A DNA stretch of 59,004 bases from an archaeon. Its GTDB lineage: Archaea > Nanobdellota > Nanobdellia > Woesearchaeales > GCA-2686295. Every line of letters begins with the position of its first letter. Positions within the stretch are counted from its first letter, which is position 1. The stretch spans positions 1 through 59,004 of the forward strand of contig JBDRGV010000036.1 of NCBI GenBank assembly GCA_043817405.1, in the 5' to 3' direction. Under the pieces are notes generated by a model. That model was not told the DNA's origin. It was given only the letters and a program-made list of their open reading frames with translations, and made no database searches. Both the position numbers and the translations under genes were made by a program. Shown here piece by piece: positions 36,748-45,814 of this stretch.

Positions 36748-38151
36748 CTATTTCTTCTTTAAAGAAATACCTAATTCGTCTAACTGAGCTTTATCAACAA
36801 CAGAAGGTGCATCCATGGTAACATCTCTGGCATCTTTGTTTTTTGGAAAAGCAATTATCTCTCTAATGCTTGGCTCGTTCATTAACAACATCAATAGTCT
36901 GTCAACACCCAGAGCTATTCCGCCATGAGGCGGGACTCCATAAGAAAACGCTTCAATCATATGTTTGAATTCGTTGGCCTGTTGTTTTGAAAATCCAATT
37001 AAATCAAAAATTTTCTGCTGAATTTTAGGATCATGAATTCTGATGCTTCCCCCACCAACTTCCATTCCATTCAAAACAAGATCGTGCTGATAACTTCTGA
37101 CTTTACCAGGATCAGAATCAAGCAATTTCAAATCTTCTTCATGAGGCATGGTAAACATGTGATGACTAGGACCCCATTCCTGTCCAGCTCCATGAAAAAA
37201 ATCTTCCTTGGATTGTTTAACAAACAAAGGAAAGTTAACTACAAAACAAAAACCTAATTCATTAACATCTTTTTTGTTCTTTCTAATATCAGGACTATCA
37301 CAACCATATTTTTTCATGACATCATCATACTTTAATCGTGGAAAAGGAATTTGAGTTATTTTCTTCTCAGGAAATAATTCTTTAACAACATCTATCATTA
37401 AATTTTCAATTAAATTAAGAATATCTTCCTGATGAACAAAACTCATTTCAACGTCTAACTGATAGAACTCACCGGGAGCCCTGTTTGCTCTCGCATTTTC
37501 ATCTCTAAAGCAAGGTGCTATTTGAAAATATCTATCCAACCCACCAACCATCAACAATTGTTTGTACTGCTGCGGAGCCTGTGGCAAAGCATAAAATTTT
37601 CCAGGATGAAGTCTTGCGGGAACTAAATAATCTCTAGCCCCTTCAGGACTACTCTTAGTCAATATGGGAGTTGTGATTTCTAAAAAATCTTTTTTGCTCA
37701 TATGATTTCTAACGTATTGAATTAATTTATGCCTCATGGTAAGATTATTAACCATTGAAGGTCTTCTTAAATCTAAATATCTATACTTTAATCTTGTATC
37801 TTCACTTGTATCAACCGTATCATTCATATCAAAAGGCAAAGGTTTACATTCTGAAAGAATCTTTAATTCTGAAACAGAAACTTCAATTTCACCAGTGGGT
37901 TCGGGTCTTTTTTGATTATCGGGCCTTTCTTTAACCATGCCAACAATTTGAACCACTGATTCTTTTCTGATTTCGCCATGTTTTTCAATAATATCTTTTC
38001 CCAAGAAACATTGAGTTTTTCCAAATCTATCGCGCAGAATTAAAAAACCAATTTTACCACTTATCCTCATGGAATCAACCCAGCCGGATAGTGTTACTTC
38101 TTTGTTAGCATGTTTTTTACTCAATTCCCCACAGGTGTGTGTTCGTAGCAT
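36748..38151 (-). CDS. aspS: Aspartyl-tRNA synthetase, bacterial type but lacking the GAD insertion domain
   Basis: RLKYRYLDLRRP, SPEGARDYLVPAR..GKFYALPQAPQQYKQLLM and AFPKNKDARDVTMDAPS align with bacterial AspRS. The segment between YGCDSPDIR and FVVNFPLF is only about 15 aa where bacterial enzymes carry ~130 aa. Confidence 0.85.
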   Translation of the reverse strand: MLRTHTCGELSKKHANKEVTLSGWVDSMRISGKIGFLILRDRFGKTQCFLGKDIIEKHGEIRKESVVQIVGMVKERPDNQKRPEPTGEIEVSVSELKILSECKPLPFDMNDTVDTSEDTRLKYRYLDLRRPSMVNNLTMRHKLIQYVRNHMSKKDFLEITTPILTKSSPEGARDYLVPARLHPGKFYALPQAPQQYKQLLMVGGLDRYFQIAPCFRDENARANRAPGEFYQLDVEMSFVHQEDILNLIENLMIDVVKELFPEKKITQIPFPRLKYDDVMKKYGCDSPDIRKNKKDVNELGFCFVVNFPLFVKQSKEDFFHGAGQEWGPSHHMFTMPHEEDLKLLDSDPGKVRSYQHDLVLNGMEVGGGSIRIHDPKIQQKIFDLIGFSKQQANEFKHMIEAFSYGVPPHGGIALGVDRLLMLLMNEPSIREIIAFPKNKDARDVTMDAPSVVDKAQLDELGISLKKK

Positions 38152-38240
38152 AAAAATAACATAAACAGGGTGAGTTTTTATTCTTTTTGGTTATTTTTCA
38201 TCTTTTGCTAATTAAAACAAAAACCATCATAATCAAAACA

Positions 38241-38248
38241 TTTATATA
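38241..38248 (+). promoter_or_regulatory. TATA box (TTTATATA) 26 nt upstream of the ATG at 38274
   Basis: Read directly. This supports the ATG at 38274 as a leaderless start rather than the ORF-track start at 38187. Confidence 0.5.
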
Positions 38249-38273
38249 TTATTCAGACAATAAATTCTATACA

Positions 38274-38831
38274 ATGGCAGAGACTATGCTACGAGGAACT
38301 CTATCTTTTTTGAACGACCTAGGTATGTTCGATGTTATTCTACCTTTTCTGCTGACATTCACAATTGTTTTTGCAATACTTGAAAAAACAAAAATATTTG
38401 GAGTGGAAGAAGTCGATGGCGTAAAAATAACTAGAAAAAACATGAACGCAATGACTGCGTTTGTCATGGGTTTCTTCGTCGTGGCATCAACAAAATTAGT
38501 CGGTTTGATTAATGCAATTGCGAGTCAGGCATTCTTGTTGTTTTTGCTAGTTGTCATGTTCTTGATGTTGGCAGGAATTATGATGAAAGAAGGAGAGTTT
38601 CAACTTAGCTCAGGATGGAGAACGGGATTCATGACCGTAGGAGCAATAGTTTTAGTACTAATATTCCTACACGCAACTGGATGGTTAGAACAAATATATG
38701 AATTCCTTGTGGGAAGTTGGGATACTGAAGCAGTCTCAGCAGTAATACTGCTAATTTTTATAGTGATATTCATCGCTTGGATTTCATCAAGCGGATCAAA
38801 AAAATCTAAAAAAAAGGACGAAGGTGATTAA
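38274..38831 (+). CDS. Multi-TM (about 5 helices) membrane protein, paralog 1 of 3
   Basis: Shares the N-terminal signature LGMFDVILPFLLTFTIVFAILEKTKIFG with the next two genes. Confidence 0.7.
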   Translation: MAETMLRGTLSFLNDLGMFDVILPFLLTFTIVFAILEKTKIFGVEEVDGVKITRKNMNAMTAFVMGFFVVASTKLVGLINAIASQAFLLFLLVVMFLMLAGIMMKEGEFQLSSGWRTGFMTVGAIVLVLIFLHATGWLEQIYEFLVGSWDTEAVSAVILLIFIVIFIAWISSSGSKKSKKKDEGD

Positions 38832-38833
38832 GT

Positions 38834-39427
38834 ATGATTTTAAACTTTGAATATATGATACGTTCGCTTGAACAAATGGGTGTTGTAGATGTTATTTTAC
38901 CTTTCATCATCATTTTTGCAGTAGTATTTGCGGCTCTTCAGAAATCCAAGATACTGGGTAAAGATAGCCGAAAATTCAACATAGTCATATCATTGGTTAT
39001 GGGTATGGCAGTTGTAGTTCCACACGTACTGGGAACCTATCCGCTTAATGCAGATGTCGTCGATATTATGAATCGAGCTCTGCCGAATGTATCATTAATC
39101 GCAGTCGCAATCATAATGGTCATGCTATTACTGGGAATCATTGGCGGTGACATCAACTTCGCGGGTACAAGCTTAGGAGGAATAGCTATTTTTGTATCAA
39201 TCGCCGCAGTTGTAGTGATCTTCTTAGCCGCAGGAAATGTGTTTACAAATCTTCCACGCTGGCTGTATTGGGTAAGAGACACCCAGGTCAAAGAATTAGT
39301 CTTAGTCATACTGGTGTTTGGAATTATAATCTGGTTTATAACCAAAGAAGACAAAACAAACCAAACTGACAATATAAAGAATTTCCTTCAAGATAGTACC
39401 AGAATATTTGGTGGAAAAAAAGAATAA
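38834..39427 (+). CDS. Multi-TM membrane protein, paralog 2 of 3
   Basis: MGVVDVILPFIIIFAVVFAALQKSKILG. The ATG lies 2 nt after the upstream stop, with GAAGGTGA upstream. Confidence 0.7.
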   Translation: MILNFEYMIRSLEQMGVVDVILPFIIIFAVVFAALQKSKILGKDSRKFNIVISLVMGMAVVVPHVLGTYPLNADVVDIMNRALPNVSLIAVAIIMVMLLLGIIGGDINFAGTSLGGIAIFVSIAAVVVIFLAAGNVFTNLPRWLYWVRDTQVKELVLVILVFGIIIWFITKEDKTNQTDNIKNFLQDSTRIFGGKKE

Positions 39428-39435
39428 ACTAAAAA

Positions 39436-40023
39436 ATGGCTACATTCATGGATATTGGTATATTGAGTAATTTCTCAATTATTTTTGTATTCCTACTAAT
39501 ATTTGCAGTCATGTTTGCAGTTCTAGAAAAAAGCAGTCCTTTTGGTAAAGATAAGAAAGGATTGCACGGAATAATTGCTTTAGCAATTGCATTTTTAATA
39601 ATTATTTCGGATGTGGCCGTGTCCATGATTAATGTTTTAACACCATGGTTCGTGGTTTTATTCATATTCATCTTCTTTGTATTGTTTGCTCTGAGAATGT
39701 TTGGAGCTTCGGAAAGTGATACTATTGCGTTAATAAAAAGTAGACAATTCTTCCCATATCTAATAATTATTATTGTACTAATTGTAATCGGCGCTCTCTC
39801 ATCAACTTTCGGACAACAACTCTTAGAAAAAGGAACAGGAATTGATGGCGAAGATATTGAACCAGGAATTGTTCTTCCAGGCGATATAGAAGGTGGTTCA
39901 ACAAAAACCACCAGCTTTGGAGAAAACGTCTTAAACACACTTATTCATCCTAAAGTACTTGGTTTAATAGCCATTATGTTGATAGGATTGTTCACCATTG
40001 TTTTCTTAACAAAACTAGCATAG
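39436..40023 (+). CDS. Multi-TM membrane protein, paralog 3 of 3
   Basis: IGILSNFSIIFVFLLIFAVMFAVLEKSSPFG, with the same length class and hydrophobicity layout as the other two. Confidence 0.7.
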   Translation: MATFMDIGILSNFSIIFVFLLIFAVMFAVLEKSSPFGKDKKGLHGIIALAIAFLIIISDVAVSMINVLTPWFVVLFIFIFFVLFALRMFGASESDTIALIKSRQFFPYLIIIIVLIVIGALSSTFGQQLLEKGTGIDGEDIEPGIVLPGDIEGGSTKTTSFGENVLNTLIHPKVLGLIAIMLIGLFTIVFLTKLA

Positions 40024-40039
40024 AATAAATAAATCAAAA

Positions 40040-40720
40040 TTATTTTTTCTTATTCATATTATCAGTTATCCTTGATAAATCATTAACCTTCTCTGTAAAA
40101 ACAGGTAGAACTTTAGAAAACACTTTTTCCATGGCTTTAATTTCCGCGCCCACATTTAAAATGTTTTTATCGTATTCGCCTATTTTTCCAATAACAGCCT
40201 GGTGCAATTTATTGAATTCATCTTTTAAAGTGGAAAACTCATGGGTTAAAGAGTTTATTTGAGCTTCAGTTTGGTTCTTCCAATCAATTATTTTACCTAT
40301 ATCTTTGGACAAATCTTTCCATTTCTCTTCAATTATTGTTTCAATCATTTCTTCTACTTCAGGTGATTTTTCTTGATAAGGAGGAATATCAGGTATTGAT
40401 CCATGAGGCTGTCTGAAAGATGTTTCTTTATAACTGGGCTGAGAAATAGATACCTTGGCCCGAACGGGTTTCGTTGGTTGTCGCATTTGTTCTTGTGGTT
40501 GTTCAAAATCTTCTTGTTGTTGAGTTTGCTCTTCATCCTGTGATCCTGTTGAATTCAAATCAGCCTGGTTCATGGCTTCAAATATTAATGATGATGAATA
40601 ACCATCTCTTTGTAGAGTTTGTATTATTCTATTATTATCAATTCCTTGCTCTCTCATAGAAAGTACTTGATTAAGCGGTATGTCTGTCTTTGATTGTTTT
40701 TTGCTGCCGAATAAAGCCAT
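40040..40720 (-). CDS. Protein with a small N-terminal helical domain, a Q/E-rich linker and a C-terminal coiled coil (possibly FlaC-like accessory protein)
   Basis: N-terminus IPLNQVLSMREQGIDNNRIIQTLQRDGYSSSLIFEAMNQA. C-terminal heptad-rich INSLTHEFSTLKDEFNKLHQAV...AEIKAMEKVF. Confidence 0.55.
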   Translation of the reverse strand: MALFGSKKQSKTDIPLNQVLSMREQGIDNNRIIQTLQRDGYSSSLIFEAMNQADLNSTGSQDEEQTQQQEDFEQPQEQMRQPTKPVRAKVSISQPSYKETSFRQPHGSIPDIPPYQEKSPEVEEMIETIIEEKWKDLSKDIGKIIDWKNQTEAQINSLTHEFSTLKDEFNKLHQAVIGKIGEYDKNILNVGAEIKAMEKVFSKVLPVFTEKVNDLSRITDNMNKKK

Positions 40721-40826
40721 TTTAACCTCTTCTCACTCTCTTTAATATCAAAGTTGCTATATAAACTTTATGTTTAAATAAAGTTTATGTTCAAAAAAAG
40801 TGTTTTTTGTTATATAAATTTATTGT

Positions 40827-41246
40827 TTATTTTGAAAGTTTTTTATCTTCTAAATACTTATTGAATTGATCTTTAGTAACAAAATCCATTGGTTGCCACA
40901 TATCAACATATTTCTCTACGACTCGAAACTCTGATTGACGAACAGATATTTTCAATTCAGAAGCCATTTGCATCATTTTTTCATTAATCTCACTAATGGA
41001 CCTCTTTATCTCAAGTAAGTCTTCATTCAATGATCTTATATCAATTCGGATATCTTTCTCAAATTCTAAAAGATTCTGATCAGTCATTTGAGTTTTTTTT
41101 CGAACATTAGTATATCTCTCTTCAAGAACTCTCAGTCTAGAACCCATTCCTGTAACACTACCGGATAGCGCTTCAAAAGGCGAACTATTCTTTTCATCAT
41201 TCCTTTTCACAGATTGATCAGGTTTTGAAAGCGTTTCTTGAGTCAT
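40827..41246 (-). CDS. Coiled-coil protein (139 aa)
   Basis: The ORF-track start at 41372 would overlap the divergent ATPase gene and adds a Cys/Tyr-rich non-protein-like leader. The ATG at 41246 gives MTQETLSKPDQS.., followed by RLRVLEERYTNVRKK... coiled coil. Confidence 0.6.
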   Translation of the reverse strand: MTQETLSKPDQSVKRNDEKNSSPFEALSGSVTGMGSRLRVLEERYTNVRKKTQMTDQNLLEFEKDIRIDIRSLNEDLLEIKRSISEINEKMMQMASELKISVRQSEFRVVEKYVDMWQPMDFVTKDQFNKYLEDKKLSK

Positions 41247-41336
41247 TTTATGTCTAGTATAACAAAGTTTATATAGTATTTTGTATAGAGAACATTCGTA
41301 GAGGGTAATATAAATTTTTCGGCTAGAGGTGAGTAT

Positions 41337-43613
41337 TTGACAAATAAAGACACGTTCTCTTATGAGACACAAAGAGAGGGAGAAGATAAGGTTCTAAGAG
41401 TTAATTGTGAAGGTGTAATTAGAGTTCCTTCAATAGAGGATGATGAACTCTACATGGCTAAAGCTTCAGAGTTCTTAATTGAAAATCCTGGAACCACAAA
41501 AATAGTGTTCACTCAAAAAAGAGATTATGAATATGACTATGCTCAAACGATGATGTTAACGGAAACAGCGCATTTGTACAACGAACTTCTAAAAAACAAA
41601 GATGTGTTCAGTTATGATTCTTTCAGAAACTATGATGACGGAGGATCACAGGATTCAAAATATAATGAAATCAGAAATAGTATTTTCAATTTGTTAAAAA
41701 AAGACCCAATGGGTTGTTATATTACTTTAAAGAGAATTCACCGACGAGAAAATATTCTATTGGATAAAACTATCAACAAGAAAAACATTGTAGCAATAAA
41801 AAAATATGTTCAATTATTAGATTACCTAATACAATTATTAGAAAACACTAAATTAATAACCATTCTCAAAGTCTACGCCGCAGGCCATAAAGTAGGTTCC
41901 AGAGAAATTTACAGAAAAGTTTTCAGTCCCACCATAAAACCTGATTTCATGTTTACAAAACTAATGGCTTCTTATCCTAAAGATGCAATAGAATTAGATA
42001 ATTATGATGTTGGAAATACAGAAGTCGTTATATTTGAACTGAAAGACAACATCCAATATCTTTATCACATCACTCCGCCCGAGTTCAAATTAGAAGAAGA
42101 CCAATATGAAATTCTTGATTTGGCAAGAAGCATACTGGCAGAGCATAAACCTGAAAGAAAAGATTTTGTCGACCCTGAACGAATGAGAGAAGTTTTCTAC
42201 AATGTAGGTCATGATTTAATTGAAGAATTGGCTAATTATCGAAACATAAAATTAGCTAAGAAAGACGTTGAAGAATTAACACAAATTTTGATAAGATACA
42301 CCGTTGGATTTGGTCTCATTGAAGTTTTACTGCAGGATCCTAAGATTCAAGACATAACAATAAACAGTCCAATCGGACAAATACCTATGTTCATAGTTCA
42401 CCAGGATTTTGGAGAATGTAGAACCAACATAATTCCAACTTTAAATGATGGAGAATCATGGGCTTCGAAGTTAAGATTAATATCTGCCAGACCACTAGAT
42501 GAAGCAAATCCTATTCTTGATACTGAAATTGAAATTCCTAGAATTGCAAATGCCAGAGTCGGAGTTATTGCACCACCTCTAAACCCTTCAGGCATAGCCT
42601 ATGCTTTCAGAAGACACAGAGATAAACCATGGACTCTACCATTATTCATTAAAAACGGAATGATTGATACTGTGGCTGCAGGCATATTGAGCTTTTTGAT
42701 CGATGGAAACCGTACACTCCTCATAGCCGGGACCAGGAGCGCAGGTAAAACTTCGCTCCTAGGAGCCCTCATGATAGAAATCATGAGAAAATACAGAATT
42801 ATAACAATTGAAGATACTTTAGAACTTCCGACTAATTCTCTTAGGCAACTAGGCTATAATATTCAGGCAATGAAAGTTGCATCTGCTCTTTCGAAAGGAA
42901 CAACTGAAGTTCCTGCAGAAGATGGTATTAGAACCACTCTGAGAATGGGTGATTCTTCTCTGATTGTTGGAGAGGTTAGAAGTACTGAAGCAAAAGCTCT
43001 CTATGAAGCCATGAGAGTGGGAGCATTAGCAAATGTGGTTGCAGGAACAATTCACGGTGATAGTCCCTACGGAGTATTTGACCGTGTAGTTAATGATTTA
43101 GAAGTTCCCAGAACCAGTTTTAAAGCCACAGATATAATTGTTGTGACCAACCCCATAAAAAGTGCAGACGGATTACATAGTTGGAGAAGAGTTACCAGCA
43201 TCACAGAAGTCAGAAAACAATGGGAAATCGATCCCCTGAGAGAAGGAGGATTTGTAGATTTAATGAAGTACAGCTCTCAAAACGACAAATTAGAAGTTAG
43301 TGATGATTTAATTAGTGGAGATTCTGAAATTTTGAAAGCCATCGCTGGCAATGTGAAAGAATGGGCTGGAGATTGGGATGCTGTTTGGGATAATATCATG
43401 CTAAGAGCAAATACTAAAGATGCATTGGTTAAAATAGCTGAGAAAGAGAAAAATGCTAATCTATTGGAAGCACCATTTGTTATCAAATGTAATGATGAAT
43501 TTCATAGGATTAGTGAGAGAGTGAAAAACAAGGTTGGAAAATTAGATTCTAAAATGATTTTCTTTGAATGGAATGAATGGTTAAAAAAAGAGGTCCGAAA
43601 AAGTAAGAAGTAA
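41337..43613 (+). CDS. FlaI/GspE/VirB11-type secretion/pilus assembly ATPase with a ~330-aa N-terminal extension
   Basis: Walker A GTRSAGKTS, Asp/Walker B box SSLIVGEVRSTEA, His box AGTIHGDSP. TTG start preceded by GAGGTGA; the exact start is uncertain. Confidence 0.85.
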   Translation: MTNKDTFSYETQREGEDKVLRVNCEGVIRVPSIEDDELYMAKASEFLIENPGTTKIVFTQKRDYEYDYAQTMMLTETAHLYNELLKNKDVFSYDSFRNYDDGGSQDSKYNEIRNSIFNLLKKDPMGCYITLKRIHRRENILLDKTINKKNIVAIKKYVQLLDYLIQLLENTKLITILKVYAAGHKVGSREIYRKVFSPTIKPDFMFTKLMASYPKDAIELDNYDVGNTEVVIFELKDNIQYLYHITPPEFKLEEDQYEILDLARSILAEHKPERKDFVDPERMREVFYNVGHDLIEELANYRNIKLAKKDVEELTQILIRYTVGFGLIEVLLQDPKIQDITINSPIGQIPMFIVHQDFGECRTNIIPTLNDGESWASKLRLISARPLDEANPILDTEIEIPRIANARVGVIAPPLNPSGIAYAFRRHRDKPWTLPLFIKNGMIDTVAAGILSFLIDGNRTLLIAGTRSAGKTSLLGALMIEIMRKYRIITIEDTLELPTNSLRQLGYNIQAMKVASALSKGTTEVPAEDGIRTTLRMGDSSLIVGEVRSTEAKALYEAMRVGALANVVAGTIHGDSPYGVFDRVVNDLEVPRTSFKATDIIVVTNPIKSADGLHSWRRVTSITEVRKQWEIDPLREGGFVDLMKYSSQNDKLEVSDDLISGDSEILKAIAGNVKEWAGDWDAVWDNIMLRANTKDALVKIAEKEKNANLLEAPFVIKCNDEFHRISERVKNKVGKLDSKMIFFEWNEWLKKEVRKSKK

Positions 43614-43615
43614 AA

Positions 43616-45814
43616 ATGGACTACAGAAGCTTTGAAGACATCAAAAAGAAATACGAGAATAGAATTAGAAATGAAATAGGCGATAGCCCTGAAGAAATAA
43701 AACCTATAATCAGCAAGGATTATGATACTTTCAAAAAAGAATACTTACCAAAACACCTGTCTTTCTATGAAAAAGCATGTAATTTTTCAGAACGATTATT
43801 CAACATAAAACCAGATAAAAAGAAAATCCCTGATTATAACGAAGCATTAAGCATTTGTCATTTGAATATGACCCCTACGGGTGCCACAAGTTTTCCAATA
43901 CTTATGTTTTTTGTTCTGCTGCTAACGGGTGCTTTTTTTGGTTTCATTTTGCCAACCATTACCGGTGGCGACATAACAATGTTCCCAATCATAATTGCAC
44001 TGCTAGCAGGTATTGGTTTGATTATTCCTCTGGGCAATATTCCTTTCATGCTATCTAATAATTGGCGAATGAAAGCAAGCAATCAAATGGTTATTTGTAT
44101 TTTCTACATAGTTACATACATGCGACACACTTCAAACTTTGAAATGGCCATTGACTTTGCGTCGGCTCATTTATCACCTCCATTATCACTTGATATGAAA
44201 AAGATTATTTGGAATATTGAAACTGAAAAATTTTTTTCAATAAAAGAATCCGTCGAGGATTATTTAGAAACTTGGAGAAAATGGAATCTTGAGTTCATTG
44301 AGAGTATGCATTTAATTGAATCATCATTATATGAGGCATCCGAAGATAGACGAATGAATGCTTTGGATAAATCTTTGACAGTTATATTGGATGAAACCTA
44401 TGAAAAAATGCTTCATTATGCTCAAGAATTAAAATCTCCTCTTACAACACTTCACATGCTTGGAATAATCCTGCCAATTCTTGGATTGGTTATTCTGCCA
44501 TTGGTCGTGAGTTTCATGCCCGAAGTTAAATGGTATCATTTATTCACCATCTACAACGTCATTTTACCGGCGGGAGTGTTTTATCTTGGAAAAATAATAT
44601 TATCAAAGAGACCCTCGGGCTACGGAGAACTGGATATTTCAGAGGCAAATCCAGAAATAAAGAAGTATCGCAATATTCTCGTAAACATTGGAAAGGTTCA
44701 GTTAAAAATAAACCCTTTATTCTTATCAATAACCATAATAATTCTGCTTTTATTCATCGGATTTATACCCCTAATAATGCATTTATTGCTTCCGACTTTT
44801 GATTGCAGTTACGGGGATGGAATTAAATGTATGGATTCATTGACACATGAAGGTGCCAAGCATTATTTCTTAGGCTATAGGGAAGACATTAGAGATGGAA
44901 TAAAGACAGGCGAATTTATAGGTCCATATGGTTTAGGTTCTACATTGATAAGTTTAGCTGTTCCGCTAGCATTCGGTCTTGGGATAGGACTTTATTATCG
45001 TATACGGTCAAAGAACGTTATTAAGATCCGTGAGCAAACTAAGAGGCTTGAGCAGGAGTTTGCATCCGCATTATTTCAATTGGGAAATAGATTGGGAGAT
45101 GGATTGCCTGCAGAAATTGCTTTTAGCAAGGTTTCTCGCGTCATGTCAGGCACCATATCTGCTGATTTCTTTGACACTGTGAGCGTTAATATTCGAAAGC
45201 TCGGTTTTAGTGTTGAACAAGCAATATTTGATAAAAAAAGAGGAGCCATTAATTACTTTGCATCACCCATAATTGAAAGTTCTATGAAAGTTCTAATTGA
45301 AAGCAGTAAAAAAGGTCCAATGGTTGCCAGTAGTGCCATAATTAATGTTTCTAATTATATAAAAGAAATGCATAGAGTTGATGAAAGATTACGTGATTTA
45401 ATGGCTGAAGTTATTAGCAGCATGAAATCTCAAATATCATTTTTAACACCTGCGATCACTGGAATAGTTATTGGTATTACAAGCATGATAACAGCCATTC
45501 TGGGTGGACTGGGTGAAAAGCTTGGTGCACTATCTTCTGAAACCGATGTGGCCGGATCAGGCATATTGACCATGTTTGGCAATGGAGTTCCCACCTATTT
45601 CTTTCAAATAATAGTCGGAGTATACGTCGTACAAATTGTTTTCTTATTAACGGTTTTAATCAATGGTATTGAGAATGGTGCTGATAAGTTAAATGAAAGG
45701 TATATGCTTGGACAAAATCTTGTTAAAACAACCATTACCTACAGCGCAATTGCATTCATCATAGTTCTTCTGTTTAACATAATTGCAAGAACCATAATGG
45801 AAGGTGCGGTTTAG
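43616..45814 (+). CDS. FlaJ/TadC-type (T2SSF-like) polytopic platform protein, 732 aa
   Basis: Starts 2 nt after the ATPase stop. It has many hydrophobic segments. A cytoplasmic helical region (REQTKRLEQEFASALFQLGNRLGDGLPAEIAF...) is typical of T2SSF domains. Confidence 0.75.
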   Translation: MDYRSFEDIKKKYENRIRNEIGDSPEEIKPIISKDYDTFKKEYLPKHLSFYEKACNFSERLFNIKPDKKKIPDYNEALSICHLNMTPTGATSFPILMFFVLLLTGAFFGFILPTITGGDITMFPIIIALLAGIGLIIPLGNIPFMLSNNWRMKASNQMVICIFYIVTYMRHTSNFEMAIDFASAHLSPPLSLDMKKIIWNIETEKFFSIKESVEDYLETWRKWNLEFIESMHLIESSLYEASEDRRMNALDKSLTVILDETYEKMLHYAQELKSPLTTLHMLGIILPILGLVILPLVVSFMPEVKWYHLFTIYNVILPAGVFYLGKIILSKRPSGYGELDISEANPEIKKYRNILVNIGKVQLKINPLFLSITIIILLLFIGFIPLIMHLLLPTFDCSYGDGIKCMDSLTHEGAKHYFLGYREDIRDGIKTGEFIGPYGLGSTLISLAVPLAFGLGIGLYYRIRSKNVIKIREQTKRLEQEFASALFQLGNRLGDGLPAEIAFSKVSRVMSGTISADFFDTVSVNIRKLGFSVEQAIFDKKRGAINYFASPIIESSMKVLIESSKKGPMVASSAIINVSNYIKEMHRVDERLRDLMAEVISSMKSQISFLTPAITGIVIGITSMITAILGGLGEKLGALSSETDVAGSGILTMFGNGVPTYFFQIIVGVYVVQIVFLLTVLINGIENGADKLNERYMLGQNLVKTTITYSAIAFIIVLLFNIIARTIMEGAV

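Noticed and set aside
39429-39938. Long antisense ORFs inside well-supported genes. Examples: 39429..39938, 8340..8861, 54592..55113, 12655..13131, 13585..13992, 14842..15210, 2570..3019, 46749..47201, 49376..49753.
   Set aside because: Each lies fully within a longer opposite-strand gene with clear family motifs. Their products are low-complexity or Cys/Ser/Ile-rich mirror translations, and no independent start signals are present.
38274-40023. The three paralogous membrane proteins as candidate type IV pilins for the adjacent ATPase and platform
   Set aside because: They have about five hydrophobic helices each and no K/R-G/A cleavage motif directly preceding a single hydrophobic helix. 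They do not look like class III signal-peptide pilins.
41247-41372. The N-terminal 42 aa of ORF 40827..41372 (MCLIRERVFICQILTSSRKIYITLYECSLYKILYKLCYTRHK)
   Set aside because: It would run through the divergent promoter region and overlap the ATPase start, and its composition is not protein-like. The internal ATG at 41246 is preferred.
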